DNA of 64,000 nucleotides, from contig NC_043020.1 in NCBI RefSeq assembly GCF_006345805.1, positions 1,054,001-1,118,000 of the forward strand. Direction: 5' to 3'. The position numbers were made by a program, and so were the translations under genes. The DNA comes from Octopus sinensis. Taxonomy: Eukaryota. The number at the start of each line of letters is the position of its first letter. The first letter of the stretch is position 1. This document shows positions 10,153 through 22,082 of the stretch, piece by piece. Under the pieces are notes generated by a model. It was not told where the DNA came from and did not search any database. It saw nothing but the letters and a program-made list of their open reading frames with translations.

Positions 10153-11285
10153 GGATCTTTTCCCTTTGAACGGCAGATCGAGAAATTAATTTTTTGTAAC
10201 TAAACACTTTCAAACTTCGGACATTGGTAGAATGTGTCATATAAAACATGTTTGACTCTTAGCATTTTTGAGAAAAACTTATATTGACGAAGTAATTTCA
10301 CGTTAAAGTAGGCCTATTTCGGTAATTTCAACCAATCAATGACATGTATTCAGCTGAATAAAATTACTGCCGTTGTTTGTCAACAACTGTCGGTGGTGTA
10401 TGTTTCGTTTGTCACTGTTAATTATGACATCGTTTGTGCGTTTGTACTGGCTTTAGCTTTAAGGTTTTAGGGTTAGGATTTTAGGGTTAGGGTTTTAGGG
10501 TTAGGGTTTTAGAGTTAGTGTTAGGGTTTTAGGGTTAGGGTTTTAGAGTTAGTGTTAGGGTTTTAGGGTTAGGTTTTTAGGGTTAGGGTTTTAGAGTTAG
10601 GGTTTTAGAGTTAGGGTTAGGGTCTTAGGGTTAGGGTTTTAGGGTTAGGGTTTTAGAGTTAGGGTTAAGGTCTTAGGGTTAGGGTTTTAGGGTTAGGGTT
10701 TTAGAGTTAGGGTTAGAGTTTTAGGGTTAGGGTTAGGGTTTTAGGGTTACGGTTCTAGGGTTAGGGTTTTAGAGTTAGGGGTTAGGGTTATAGGGTTGGG
10801 GTTTTAGGGTTAGAGTTATGGAAAAAATGAAGAAATTGGAGGGGTAGGGGTAGCAAAAAGTCTTTCCGAAAATAGTAGCTGAAAGACAGGAAAAAAAAAT
10901 AACTAGAAGCAGTAGAAATGCACGAACGATTATGGTGGTGCCATGAAGTAAACATTCCTTCAGATAAACTCGTTTATTCATACAAACGTAACTGAAACGA
11001 AATATGTCATAAATAACAGTAACAAACGAAATATACACCGCCGGAAGTTGTTGTTGACAAACAACAGCAGTAATTTTATTGAACTGAATACACGTCATCG
11101 ATTGGTTGAAATTACCGAAATACGACAACTTTAACACGAAATAACTTCGTAAATATAAACTTTTCTCAAAAACACTAAAAGTAAAAGATGTTTTATATGA
11201 CACATTCTACCACTATACGAAGTTTGAAAGTGTTTAGTTACAAAGAAATTATTTTCTAAATCTGCCGGTCAAAAGGTAAAGATCC
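10153..11285. mobile_element. Foldback element with ~290-bp TIRs enclosing a telomere-like array
   Basis: 10153-10440 aligns throughout with the reverse complement of 10965-11285; termini GGATC...GATCC; AAA flanks both ends. Confidence 0.85.
10452..10815 (+). repeat. Interstitial telomere-like array, dominant 14-mer TTAGGG-TTTTAGGG
   Basis: Alternating TTAGGG and TTTTAGGG/TTTTAGAG units over about 360 bp. Confidence 0.95.
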
Positions 11286-11582
11286 AAATCACGTGATGAA
11301 AAATGGGTTTGTGGACGAAAAAAGTTTAAGAAGCGCTGTTCTGTCGTATTGTTTACATATTCGTATACGAAACATCGTAATTTTCAGTGCTGGCTTTAAA
11401 TTCTATTGAAAATCTGGAGAGATCAACTTAAAAGTGTTTATATCGCACTGCTAGCACTAAAACAGGTCATCTTTCGATGGATTGCAAACATACTAGTTTT
11501 CTTAGGACTCAGTTCAAATTCCGAATCGCTATCCTGGAACCTGGCGGAATTTTCTCAAGAACGCCAAGAGAAAAAGAAGTTT

Positions 11583-11674
11583 TAATGTGACACATTCTTC
11601 CAGTATACGAAGTTTAAAAGTGTTTAGTTACAAAAAATTATTTTAAAAATCTGCCGGTCAAAGTGAAAAGATCC
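11583..11674. mobile_element. Additional right-arm terminus of the GGATC foldback family
   Basis: Nearly repeats 11195-11285 (GTATACGAAGTTT..AAGTGTTTAGTTACAAA...AATCTGCCGGTCAAA...AAGATCC). Confidence 0.8.
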
Positions 11675-12074
11675 AAAAATTTCACCAAACGTTGAGTGGT
11701 TACTGTTGACTTATAAATGTTTTATATACTTTGTAGCATTTGATGGTTACAGAACGAAATACCGTGTCCCTACCAGCAATTCATACTACAATAACGCGTA
11801 ATTTGAGACGCAGGGCTTTTGGCTGCTATTTCTAGTGGATTTAGCAACCACATTGAGTCGTTGACCTTGCTGTCTGGTGCTTTCGAAGTCTTTGGTTTGT
11901 TAGATGCCACAATAATCAATCGTGATTAGATGACTGGGTGAGGAAGAGATATTTCAAAGAAATGTTTCCAAGTTCGTACAAATAAAACTTAGTATTTGCT
12001 GCTAATCACAGACTTTTTGTGGTGATTTATGCAGACAAGGAGACAGCTTATACAGAAGACTAGATTTGAGATAT

Positions 12075-12510
<436 letters not shown>

Positions 12511-13034
12511 TTAATCTTGACGCTTCACCGAAACAATATTTCTTTATTATCTCCCTTGTTGTCATGACAACGTCGAGCGTTTTCGTGTGTCAAGGTGGAT
12601 AAAGAAAAAAAAAAACAAAAGACAAAAAAATTGTGTCTCAGAGAGGAAAAAATATAGGAAAATATCGAAGCAAATGTACATAAAAAAAAACAAAGAAAAA
12701 TAAAACTAAATCAAAACGCAAAAAAACCCCAACCCAAACAAACAAAGCAAAAAGAACGTTGGTCTTGTTGGTGGTGGTGAGTAGTGGTGGTAGTGTTGGT
12801 AATGGTAGTGGTGGTGGTGGTTGTGTATACCCACGTCCGCTACGAAGGTGAAACATTTTCGCTTGATGTCAAAAATTAGAAAAACTATAAATTATGTGCA
12901 AATATAAACTTATCGAGAATAAAATAGGAAAATGAGACAAAATAAACAAAGAAAAGGTAAACTCTGTGTCTGTGTGAGTGTGTGTACTCGTATGCATATA
13001 TATGGATATTGGCGTGCGTGCGTATATATACATA

Positions 13035-13042
13035 TCTATCTG

Positions 13043-13113
<71 letters not shown>

Positions 13114-13160
13114 GTATATTTGTCAGTGAGCCTGTCTGCCTGTCTGTCTATCTATCAGTT

Positions 13161-13225
<65 letters not shown>

Positions 13226-13253
13226 GTGTGTCTGTCTGTCTGTCAGTCAGTGA

Positions 13254-13285
<32 letters not shown>

Positions 13286-13314
13286 GTCTGTCTATCTATC
13301 TATCTATCTATCTA
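13035..13314. repeat. Compound (TATC)/(TGTC) microsatellite, left copy of the duplication flanking the LINE
   Basis: The landmarks TCTGTATATTTGTCAGTGAGCC and TCTGTGTGTCTGTC...CAGTCAGTGAG recur at an offset of +1083/+1087. Confidence 0.92.
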
Positions 13315-14096
13315 GCATTACCTGTTCGGGATAAGCTCTACAGACACGGTTCCAGACACACTGGACCGACTTGCCCGAGATGCGGTCAGAGCGACGAAAC
13401 CGTTCTGCACGCACTCGTGCAATGTCCAACCATTTCCGACCTGTGGGCTTATGCCGAACGGCTGCTGTCACGTGTGGGACGAATCCGCCTATCGGCCGAG
13501 TCTATCGTGAGAATTGCTCCGCCCCCTTCCCTCAACCGGGAAGGCAAGGCAGTTTTCATCGTACTGGTGGCCATGGTGAAAGAATGTGTGTGGTGGACTC
13601 GAGCGAAAGGATTAGAGACAAACACTTACCTCTCTGGCCAATCGCTCATCAACTTTTTCAAGTACCACTTGAAAAGGAAGGTGAGAATGGAGAGGGAAGT
13701 TTGTTCTCGCGAAAGATTCAAAAAAGATGGGTGAATGTTGCAAAGATGGTGCGTGCTAGTAACGAAACCATTTTGAGCATGATCCTGTAGATCGTAAAAA
13801 AGAAAGAAAGAGAGCATTTTTGACCTCATGTGTTTATTTCCTCCCTGACTGGGGTTCCCGTGGTCTTTTCTGTAGGCTTTTCTTCCCACGGATGAACCCA
13901 ATCTTGTTATATCAATGTTTACACCATTATTTCTGTGATACACGATTTTCTTTTTTTTCCTTTTTTTTTTCCTCCTCTCGATCCCTTTTGATCGCAATCT
14001 TACATTTTTTATTTTTTTTTCCACCCTCGAAAAGAAAAGCTCTGCATTTGTATTTGTCCCCTCTGTATTCAGCCCTGTGTGGCTAATAAAAGAAAG

Positions 14097-14097
<1 letters not shown>
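13315..14097 (+). mobile_element. Tx1/L1-clade LINE, 5'-truncated (ORF2 C-terminus and 3' UTR)
   Basis: [37 protein letters not shown] is the CCHC zf-RVT motif; a frameshift in the A-run near 13720 continues [10 protein letters not shown] to a stop at 13790; T-rich 3' UTR. Confidence 0.9.
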
Positions 14098-14188
<91 letters not shown>

Positions 14189-14240
14189 GTCTATCTGTAT
14201 ATTTGTCAGTGAGCCTGTCTGCCTGTCTGTCTATCTATCA

Positions 14241-14312
<72 letters not shown>

Positions 14313-14373
14313 GTGTGTCTGTCTGTCTGTCAGTCAGTGAGTCTGTCTGTCTGTCTGTCTATCTATCTGTCTG

Positions 14374-14440
<67 letters not shown>

Positions 14441-14450
14441 GTCTGTCTGT
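14098..14450. repeat. Compound (TATC)/(TGTC) microsatellite, right copy
   Basis: Same landmark order as 13035-13314. Confidence 0.92.
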
Positions 14451-14703
14451 GCGTGTGTATAAGACAGAGGCAGATAGATAGCTGTATATACTTATATGTA
14501 TACACAAACACACCCACACATAAATGTATATATACATACACGCACACACATACATACATACATAGAGGCAGAAAGTATAGATTGATAAATAAAAATATAA
14601 ACTGACAGATATATAGGTCGCTAGATTGATTGATAGCCAGCCAGACAGACAGACACACCTCCTAGCTAGATAGAAAGATAGACTGACATATATATACATA
14701 CAT

Positions 14704-14808
<105 letters not shown>

Positions 14809-14843
14809 GATAGATAGATAATAAATAGAAGATAGATAGATAT

Positions 14844-14932
14844 GTTTCTTTATTAGCCACACAGGGCTGCACACAGATAGAACAAATTACAAGGTAGAGC
14901 TTTCTTTTGAAGGTTTAAAAAAAAAAAAAAAA

Positions 14933-14933
<1 letters not shown>
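14844..14933 (-). mobile_element. 3' end of the same Tx1-like LINE within (GATA)n
   Basis: Reverse complement AAAAGAAAGCTCT...CAGCCCTGTGTGGCTAATAAAGAAAC matches 14030-14097. Confidence 0.85.
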
Positions 14934-15027
<94 letters not shown>

Positions 15028-15029
15028 TA

Positions 15030-15072
15030 GACACTATGACGGTGACGTCGTCCGCGTATGCAGACACGCCCA

Positions 15073-15073
<1 letters not shown>
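15030..15073 (-). mobile_element. Isolated 44-bp reverse-transcriptase catalytic motif
   Basis: Minus strand [15 protein letters not shown] (YADD), with (GATA)n on both sides. Confidence 0.8.
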
Positions 15074-15105
<32 letters not shown>

Positions 15106-15106
15106 G

Positions 15107-15142
<36 letters not shown>

Positions 15143-15719
15143 AGAGAGACAGATAAATGGAGAGATAGTCAGATAAAAAGACAAAGAAATAGATATCAAA
15201 CAATTTCGAGTGCTAAACAGCATAGCAACGAAACTGCTCCAACGAGATCCAACAAATTTTGCTTTTTAAAAAAAGAGAAGCGAGGAACAGAGAAGTTCAA
15301 AGTTTTGTAGGAAAAAGGATAGAAGACCGTTTGAAAAAGTACAATGGCGGCGACAGTCAAACAGTTGAAGAGAACGGAGCAGAAGTTCACGTCGGACAGT
15401 CGCCGAAACCGATGGCAGACGATCAAGCAGGCGGCAGGCAGTTTGACAGACGACATCTGAGGGAAGAAGGAGTCGGCTGGCTGTCCAATAGATTATGAAT
15501 TATAGGTCTTTTTAAGCTGTCATTTGTATGGTCACCTTGCTGACACCGATTGGTTTTTAATGATGACGTTAGCTGTAAGTCTAATACACAGAGCTCTGAT
15601 ATAGTCCAGAACATCGTATAAGATCAAGGAAGACGAGTGTTTCCTAGAAAACAATTTCATCAACTACAGTCGCGAAAATGGCGAAACAATTTTATCGTGT
15701 TGTTAAGATTGACAATGGC

Positions 15720-16160
15720 GACGAGTATGGTGATGATGATGGTGGTGATGATGATGATGATGATGATGGTGACGTTGATGGTGTTAATGATGATGATGAT
15801 GATCATGATGATGGAAGCAGTAGTGATGAAGATGACGATGATGGAAATTGTACATGATAACGGTGATGGTGATGGCAGTGGTGGTGGTGGTGGACAACGA
15901 CTATGATGATGATGAAGGTGGTGGTGGGATGACGATCACGACGACGACGACGGTGATGATGATGTTGATGATGATGATGATGACGATGATGGTGATAATG
16001 TTCATGATGACGATAGTGAAGCAGTGGTGGTGATGATGATGGTGATGACGATGATGAAGATAATGATGATGACGTTCTCTCTCCTTGCACTCGTTTTTAT
16101 CTTCCTCTCTTCCTCCCACCCATCCTCATCACCGTCATCGTCGCCATTGTTGTTGTTGTT
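15720..16160. repeat. Degenerate (GAT)/(GGT) trinucleotide array
   Basis: Direct reading. Confidence 0.9.
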
Positions 16161-16287
16161 CGTCGTCTTTAAAAAGCAAATTATATGTTGCTCACTTGTA
16201 AGACATAATCTCCGACCCACGTTTATCATCCATATCTCCACCACCACCACTACCGCCACAACAACAACACCACCATTTCCTGTTCTT

Positions 16288-16289
<2 letters not shown>

Positions 16290-16318
<29 letters not shown>

Positions 16319-18041
16319 TTTCCCTTCTCTTCAACTCTTTCTTTGTCTCTGTCTCTTTTCCTGCCCGTCTCTTCTTCTCTTCTTCTTCTTCTTCTTCTTC
16401 TTCTTCTTCTTCTTCTCATCCTCCCCTCCCCTCTCTTCCCCCTCATCTCCACCACTCCTCCTCCTTCTTCTCCCCTCTTCTTCTTCTTCTTCTTCTTCTC
16501 TTCTTCTTCTCCTCCTCCTTCCTCAAATTCCTTCTCTCTCACTTCCTCACTTCGTTCCAACTGTTTCAATACATCTAATTCAATTGGAAATCCTCCCTCT
16601 AACATAACTCCTCTCTCCTACCTCTAACATAAACAACACTCTTTAAAACAGTCACTCCTTCTCTCTCAAACTCTCCTCTCCCTCCTTCCCCTTCACATAT
16701 CTCTTAATATAAAGATCTCTCTCACTCGATGTTTATGTCTCTGCCTCCTCCCACCACTCTCTTTCTTTCTCTCTTTAACAGAGATATCACCGCCTCACAC
16801 TTCACCACTCTCTACCCCTTACTCTCCCCTCCTTCTCTCTCTCTCTCTCTAACATACTCAACCACACACTCTTACTCTCTCCCTTCTTCTCTCCTTCTCT
16901 CTCTACAAACAACGTTCAACGTCTTCCTCATAAACTCCTCAAATGTTCTCTCTTGTCTATTCTCTTCTGGGTTCGGTTCCAAGCCACCACTTCCCTCAAG
17001 CTGCTCCTCTCTCTGTCTCGTTATCTCTCTCGCTCTCCCTTTCTCTCACTTCTTCTATCTGTCTATCAATCTGTATTCTTTCTTTCTGTCTGTCTATGTT
17101 TCTCTCTGTCTGCCTCACTCTCCTCGTCTCTCTTTCTCTCTCTATATATATATCTATCTATCTATCCATCTGGCTGGTTGACTAACTGTTTTTCTTTCTC
17201 TCTGTCTGTGTCTGTCTCTCAGACTCTCTGTCTCTCTCTGTCTATTTGTCTGTATCTTTCTCTCTCTCTGTCTCTCCCTATATCTCAGTCTTTCTATCTG
17301 GCTCTCTTTCTCACTTTATGTCTCTGTCTCACCCTCCCTCTTTCCGCCTATCTGTGTAATTCTTTCTCTCTCTGTCTATTAGTCTATCAGTCGCGTTCTC
17401 CGTCTCCCTCCTGCCTCCCCTCTCAGTGGTGATAAATCGTAACTATTCACTCCTCCCCTTCGCATTACACACTCACCCTTCCTCCCTCCTCCCTTCTCAT
17501 CCACACTCCCACTCTTCCACACTTCCTCTCTCTCTTTCTTTTACACCGAACCAGATGTCCTTCGCTCTCTCACTTCACCCCATATCATTCCCCCCCTCTC
17601 TCTCTCTATCACACACACACACACACCTCTCCCTCCCCCTCTCACTTTCTCACACATCTCTACTTTCTTTGCAATCTTACTTTCTCCATCACACACACAC
17701 ACACACAATCTCATCTTTCACACACATACACACTCTCTCTCTTTCTCTCCTGCCTCTTCTCCGTCTGTCTCCCTCCCATTCCATCTCACAAACACACGTC
17801 TCTCTCTCTCTCTCTCTCTCTCCCTCTCTCATTCTCTTTCTCTTTCACATATTCATAAACCAAAGCACATATCTTTACCTCTCTATTTTGCCATTTCTCC
17901 TCTTTCTCTTCCTTCCCGACCATTCCCTCTTTCCACCCACCATCTCTCTCTCTCTCTTTCTTTCTTTCTCGCTCTCTCTCTCTCTCTCTCTATCTCGTTA
18001 TCTCTTTCTCGTCTTCTCTCGCTCTCTCTCTCTCCCTCCTC
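16290..18041. repeat. ~1.75-kb CT-rich polypyrimidine low-complexity tract
   Basis: (CT)n, (CTT)n and (TC/TG)n mosaic up to the gap. Confidence 0.9.
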
Positions 18042-18141
18042 NNNNNNNNNNNNNNNNNNNNNNNNNNNNNNNNNNNNNNNNNNNNNNNNNNNNNNNNNNN
18101 NNNNNNNNNNNNNNNNNNNNNNNNNNNNNNNNNNNNNNNNN
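18042..18141. other. Assembly gap (100 N)
   Basis: Run of exactly 100 N, so a placeholder of unknown true size. Confidence 0.99.
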
Positions 18142-18281
18142 ATATATATATATATATATGTATATGTATATATATACATTATGTACATACAAAAGTTACA
18201 TATGTAAGCATGTACGTATGGATCTCTCTTTAAACTTATCTATATAGCTCACACACACATACATACACAAACACCCCATAT

Positions 18282-18404
18282 TCTTTGTAAGCCTTAGTAC
18301 TTATTTTATCCGCCCGTTTGCCGAACTGCTAAGTTACGAACACGTAAACACCAGCTTCGGTTGTCAAGCAATGTTGAGGGGAGAACACAGACAGGACAAA
18401 ATTA

Positions 18405-18436
<32 letters not shown>

Positions 18437-18632
18437 TATTATATATATATATATAATCTACATATATACGATGAGCTTCTTTCAGTTTACATCTACCAAA
18501 TCCACTCACAAGGCTTTGGTCGGTCCGAGGCTGTAATAGAAGACACTAGCCCAAGGTGCCACGTAGTGGGACTGAACCCGGAACCATTTGTTTGGTAAGC
18601 AAGCTACTTACCACAAAGCCCCTCCTGCGCCT
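18282..18632 (-). mobile_element. SINE family A, 3'-truncated
   Basis: Head at 18632; colinear with 5717-6137. Confidence 0.88.
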
Positions 18633-19648
18633 GTGCACACAGCGAGTAGCGCAATATTATGAGTATATATATGTATTCATACATATATGTGTGTTTATAC
18701 GTATGTGTGTGTGTGTGTGTTTGTGTGTGCGTGTGTTAGTTTTAAATTTTTATCCTATTTTCTGCGCAACACTATTTTACGGATATTCTGTATATTTAAG
18801 AGTTTGTCTACACACAGATAATATATTTTCATTGGCAATGAGTATATATATATATATATGTGAAAGTGTATGAGTTTATAAGTGGGTGTGTCAATGTGTG
18901 TGGGAGTGTCTTTGTACCTCTATGAAAATTTGCATATTTAAATGTATTCACAAAGAAGTTTTTATTTATATTGCTTGAAAACATATTTCATTACGTAATA
19001 CCTCATGTATCACACGGTCATACACTCAGAGGCATAACGATTTGCTCACACAAGCATGCCATATAGATACGCACATACACACCCACATTTGTATATATAT
19101 ATATATATATACATATCTCCGCACACACACTCATATATATATATACATATATAGATATACACACACATATACACATATATACATACACACATATACACAC
19201 ACATACACACAGTGTCAAAAGTCTCTCAAGAGAATAGCAAGTCATCGGAGAATAAAACCCCTGAAGCAAGATTTCGGCCCTCAAATTCTGATGGGGCCGC
19301 GTCGCATCCAAGTCATGAATCTCGGGTGCTCTTCTGCTGACACATTTTAGCCAATTCAATATCAGAAACCTGTACATATAAACCGCCTGGAGTTTCCATC
19401 TGGTTGTAATTCTCTCCTTGACTCAGCTTTCTAACTTATACCTAAAAACGAAATATTGTTGGTTGTCATGGTAGCGGTGAAACGTCAACGTTATCTCTAT
19501 GAGTCATTTAGAGTTACTTCCCTTAGCGTTAAAACAAAAATATTTCTTTCAAATAGTATGGCTATCGTTGTTATTATTCCTCGATTACATCCATCTGGAA
19601 CATCTATCCACTTCCTCTGATATTAACGGTTATGTATGAATATGAAAT

Positions 19649-19803
19649 AGGCTTAGGAATTGCTGTGTGGTAAGTAGCTTGCTTACGAACTGCATGGTTC
19701 CGGGTTCAGTCTCACTGTGTGGCACCTTGGGCACAACCAAAGCCTTGTGAGTGGATTTGGTAGACGGAAACTGAGAGAATCCCGTCGTATGTATATATAT
19801 ATA

Positions 19804-19873
<70 letters not shown>

Positions 19874-20085
19874 ATGTGTCTCTGTTTGTTCCCCCAACAT
19901 CGCTTGACAACCGATGCTGGTGTGTTTACGTCGCCGCAACTTAGCGGTTCGGCAAAAGAACCGATAGAATAAGTACTAGGCTTACAAAAAATAAGTCCTG
20001 GGGTCGATTTGCTCAACTAAAGGCGGTACTCCAGCATGGCCACAGTCAAATGACCGAAACAAGTAAAAAAGTAAAGAGAGTAAAG
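19649..20085 (+). mobile_element. SINE family A with small internal deletion
   Basis: A/B boxes, (TG)n centre, GTAAA tail. Confidence 0.9.
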
Positions 20086-20549
20086 AATGATTAAAATAAA
20101 GGTATCTGGTTTGGCCCAGTGGTTTAAAATTTCGCTTAGCAATTATGAACTTTCGAGTTCAATCCAACTGCATGATTTTTTGGGGCTATGGAATAGAAAA
20201 GATTTTGCGGTATAATATGTTTATAATAGATTCTGGTATATAATGGTTCCTAAGTGCCGCGCAGTGGGAGTGAACTCGAAAGCATCCGCTGGCAAAGTAA
20301 GCTTCATAACTACCTACGTGCCTATGGGGATTGATTACAGAGGTATGTTAAAGAAAATTGGTTGGAACTTTTGCAGTGGAAAAAGGAGTTTTATTCGTTG
20401 CATTTCTCCTAGATAAATACTTAAACATGGGTATTTTTCACAGCCACCATAAATATGTATATATGTGTGTGCGTGGACAAATACACACACAAAGACACAC
20501 AGATATATATACACACATACATATCTATCTATCTATATCTCCCTCCCTC

Positions 20550-20610
<61 letters not shown>

Positions 20611-20630
20611 ATATATATATATATATATAT

Positions 20631-21056
20631 AAGCGCAGGAGTAGCTGTGTGGTAAGTAACTTGCTTTCCAGCCACATGGTTCCGGGTTCAGTCCCACTGC
20701 GTGGCACCTTGGACAAGTGTCTTCTACTATAGCCTCGGGCCGAACAAAGCCTTGTGAGTGGATTTGGTAGACGGAAACTGAAAGAAGCCTGTTGTATACA
20801 TACACACCACACACACCACACACATATATTATATATATGTATGTATTATGTATTTGTCATTTGTGTTTGTCTTTGTGTTCCTCCACAATCGCTTAACAAC
20901 TGATGTCGGTGTGTTTACGTCCCCGTCACTTAGTGGTTCGACAAAGAGATACCGATAGAATAAGTACAAGGCTTATAAAGAATATGTCTTTGGGGAGATT
21001 TGTTCGACTAAATGTGCTGCTCCAGCATGGCCGCAGTCAAATGACTGAAACAAGCA
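20631..21056 (+). mobile_element. SINE family A
   Basis: Full head to CAGCATGGCCGCAGTCAAATGACTGAAACAAG. Confidence 0.9.
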
Positions 21057-21350
21057 AATGACTGAGCTGATTGCTTTTATTTTGCTATTGCTGTTGTTGT
21101 TGTTGCCGTCGTTGTTGTTGTTGTGTCTTTGGTTTACATTTCCTCTGTTCCATACAAATAAATCCGTCAAGAGAAAAGCAAATCTTACTTTTTTTAACGA
21201 TTTCTTGTAGCATTTACGACAAAATTTCCTCCAAGAATTTCCACTGATCTTTGGTCTTGGTTAAAGAAATATATTTTCTCATTCTTTACATCAAAGGAAT
21301 CTTTTAAAAATCAAAGTATTTTGTTTCGGAAAAGAAAAAAAAATCATTAG

Positions 21351-21420
21351 ATTGCACATGTCGATCGCTTTATCCATTTGAATCATCGCAAATACAATGG
21401 ACAGGATAACGCTAATAATG
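21351..21420 (+). CDS. Candidate small exon (IAHVDRFIHLNHRKYNGQDNANN), gene unknown
   Basis: TTAG|...AATG|GTAAGC; only one open frame; weak polypyrimidine tract; no recognisable homology. Confidence 0.15.
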
Positions 21421-21662
21421 GTAAGCTTGCAACTCTTTTGTGCTTGTTTCTCTGCAAGGTTACTTAAGGATGATCTTCCAAGATATATATATATTAAAAA
21501 ATGTTTGTTTGATGGACAATTTAAGAAATAAAATGAAATAAAATAAAATGCTATTTTCTTTGTACCACGATAGAGCAAATATCGGTCTTGACTTCTGGGT
21601 AACTTGTGAGATCTTCTTATGGCCGGGTTCCAACCTGGGCCGCAGTAAGAAAAAGTACGCCC

Positions 21663-21870
21663 TACTCTTACTCTTTACTCTTTTACTTGTTTCAGTCATT
21701 TTACTGCGGCCATGCTGGAGCACCGCTTTCAGTCGAACAAATCGACCCCGGGACTTATTCTTTGTAAGCCCAGTACTTATTCTATCGATCTCTTTTGCCG
21801 AACCGCTAAGTGACGGGGACATAAACACACCAGCATCGGTTGTCAAGCAATGCTAGGGGGACAAACACAT

Positions 21871-21920
<50 letters not shown>

Positions 21921-22082
21921 GAAAATGTATATACGACAGGCTTCTTTCAGTTTCCGTGTACCAAATCCACTCACAAGGCTTTGGTCGGCCGAGGCTGTAG
22001 TAGAAGACGCTTGCCCAAGGTGCCACGCAGTGGGACTGAACCTGGAACCATGTGGTTGGTAAACCAGCCACTCCTACGCCCT
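21663..22082 (-). mobile_element. SINE family A
   Basis: Colinear with other copies; short deletion in the head. Confidence 0.9.

Noticed and set aside
10452-10815. True telomere or chromosome end
   Set aside because: Short, degenerate, internal, and enclosed by transposon arms.
21291-21480. Minus-strand dispanin/CD225-like hydrophobic segment (AEKQAQKSCKLTIISVILSIVF)
   Set aside because: Poor acceptor, no partner exon with the conserved first hydrophobic helix, and it conflicts with the plus-strand candidate.
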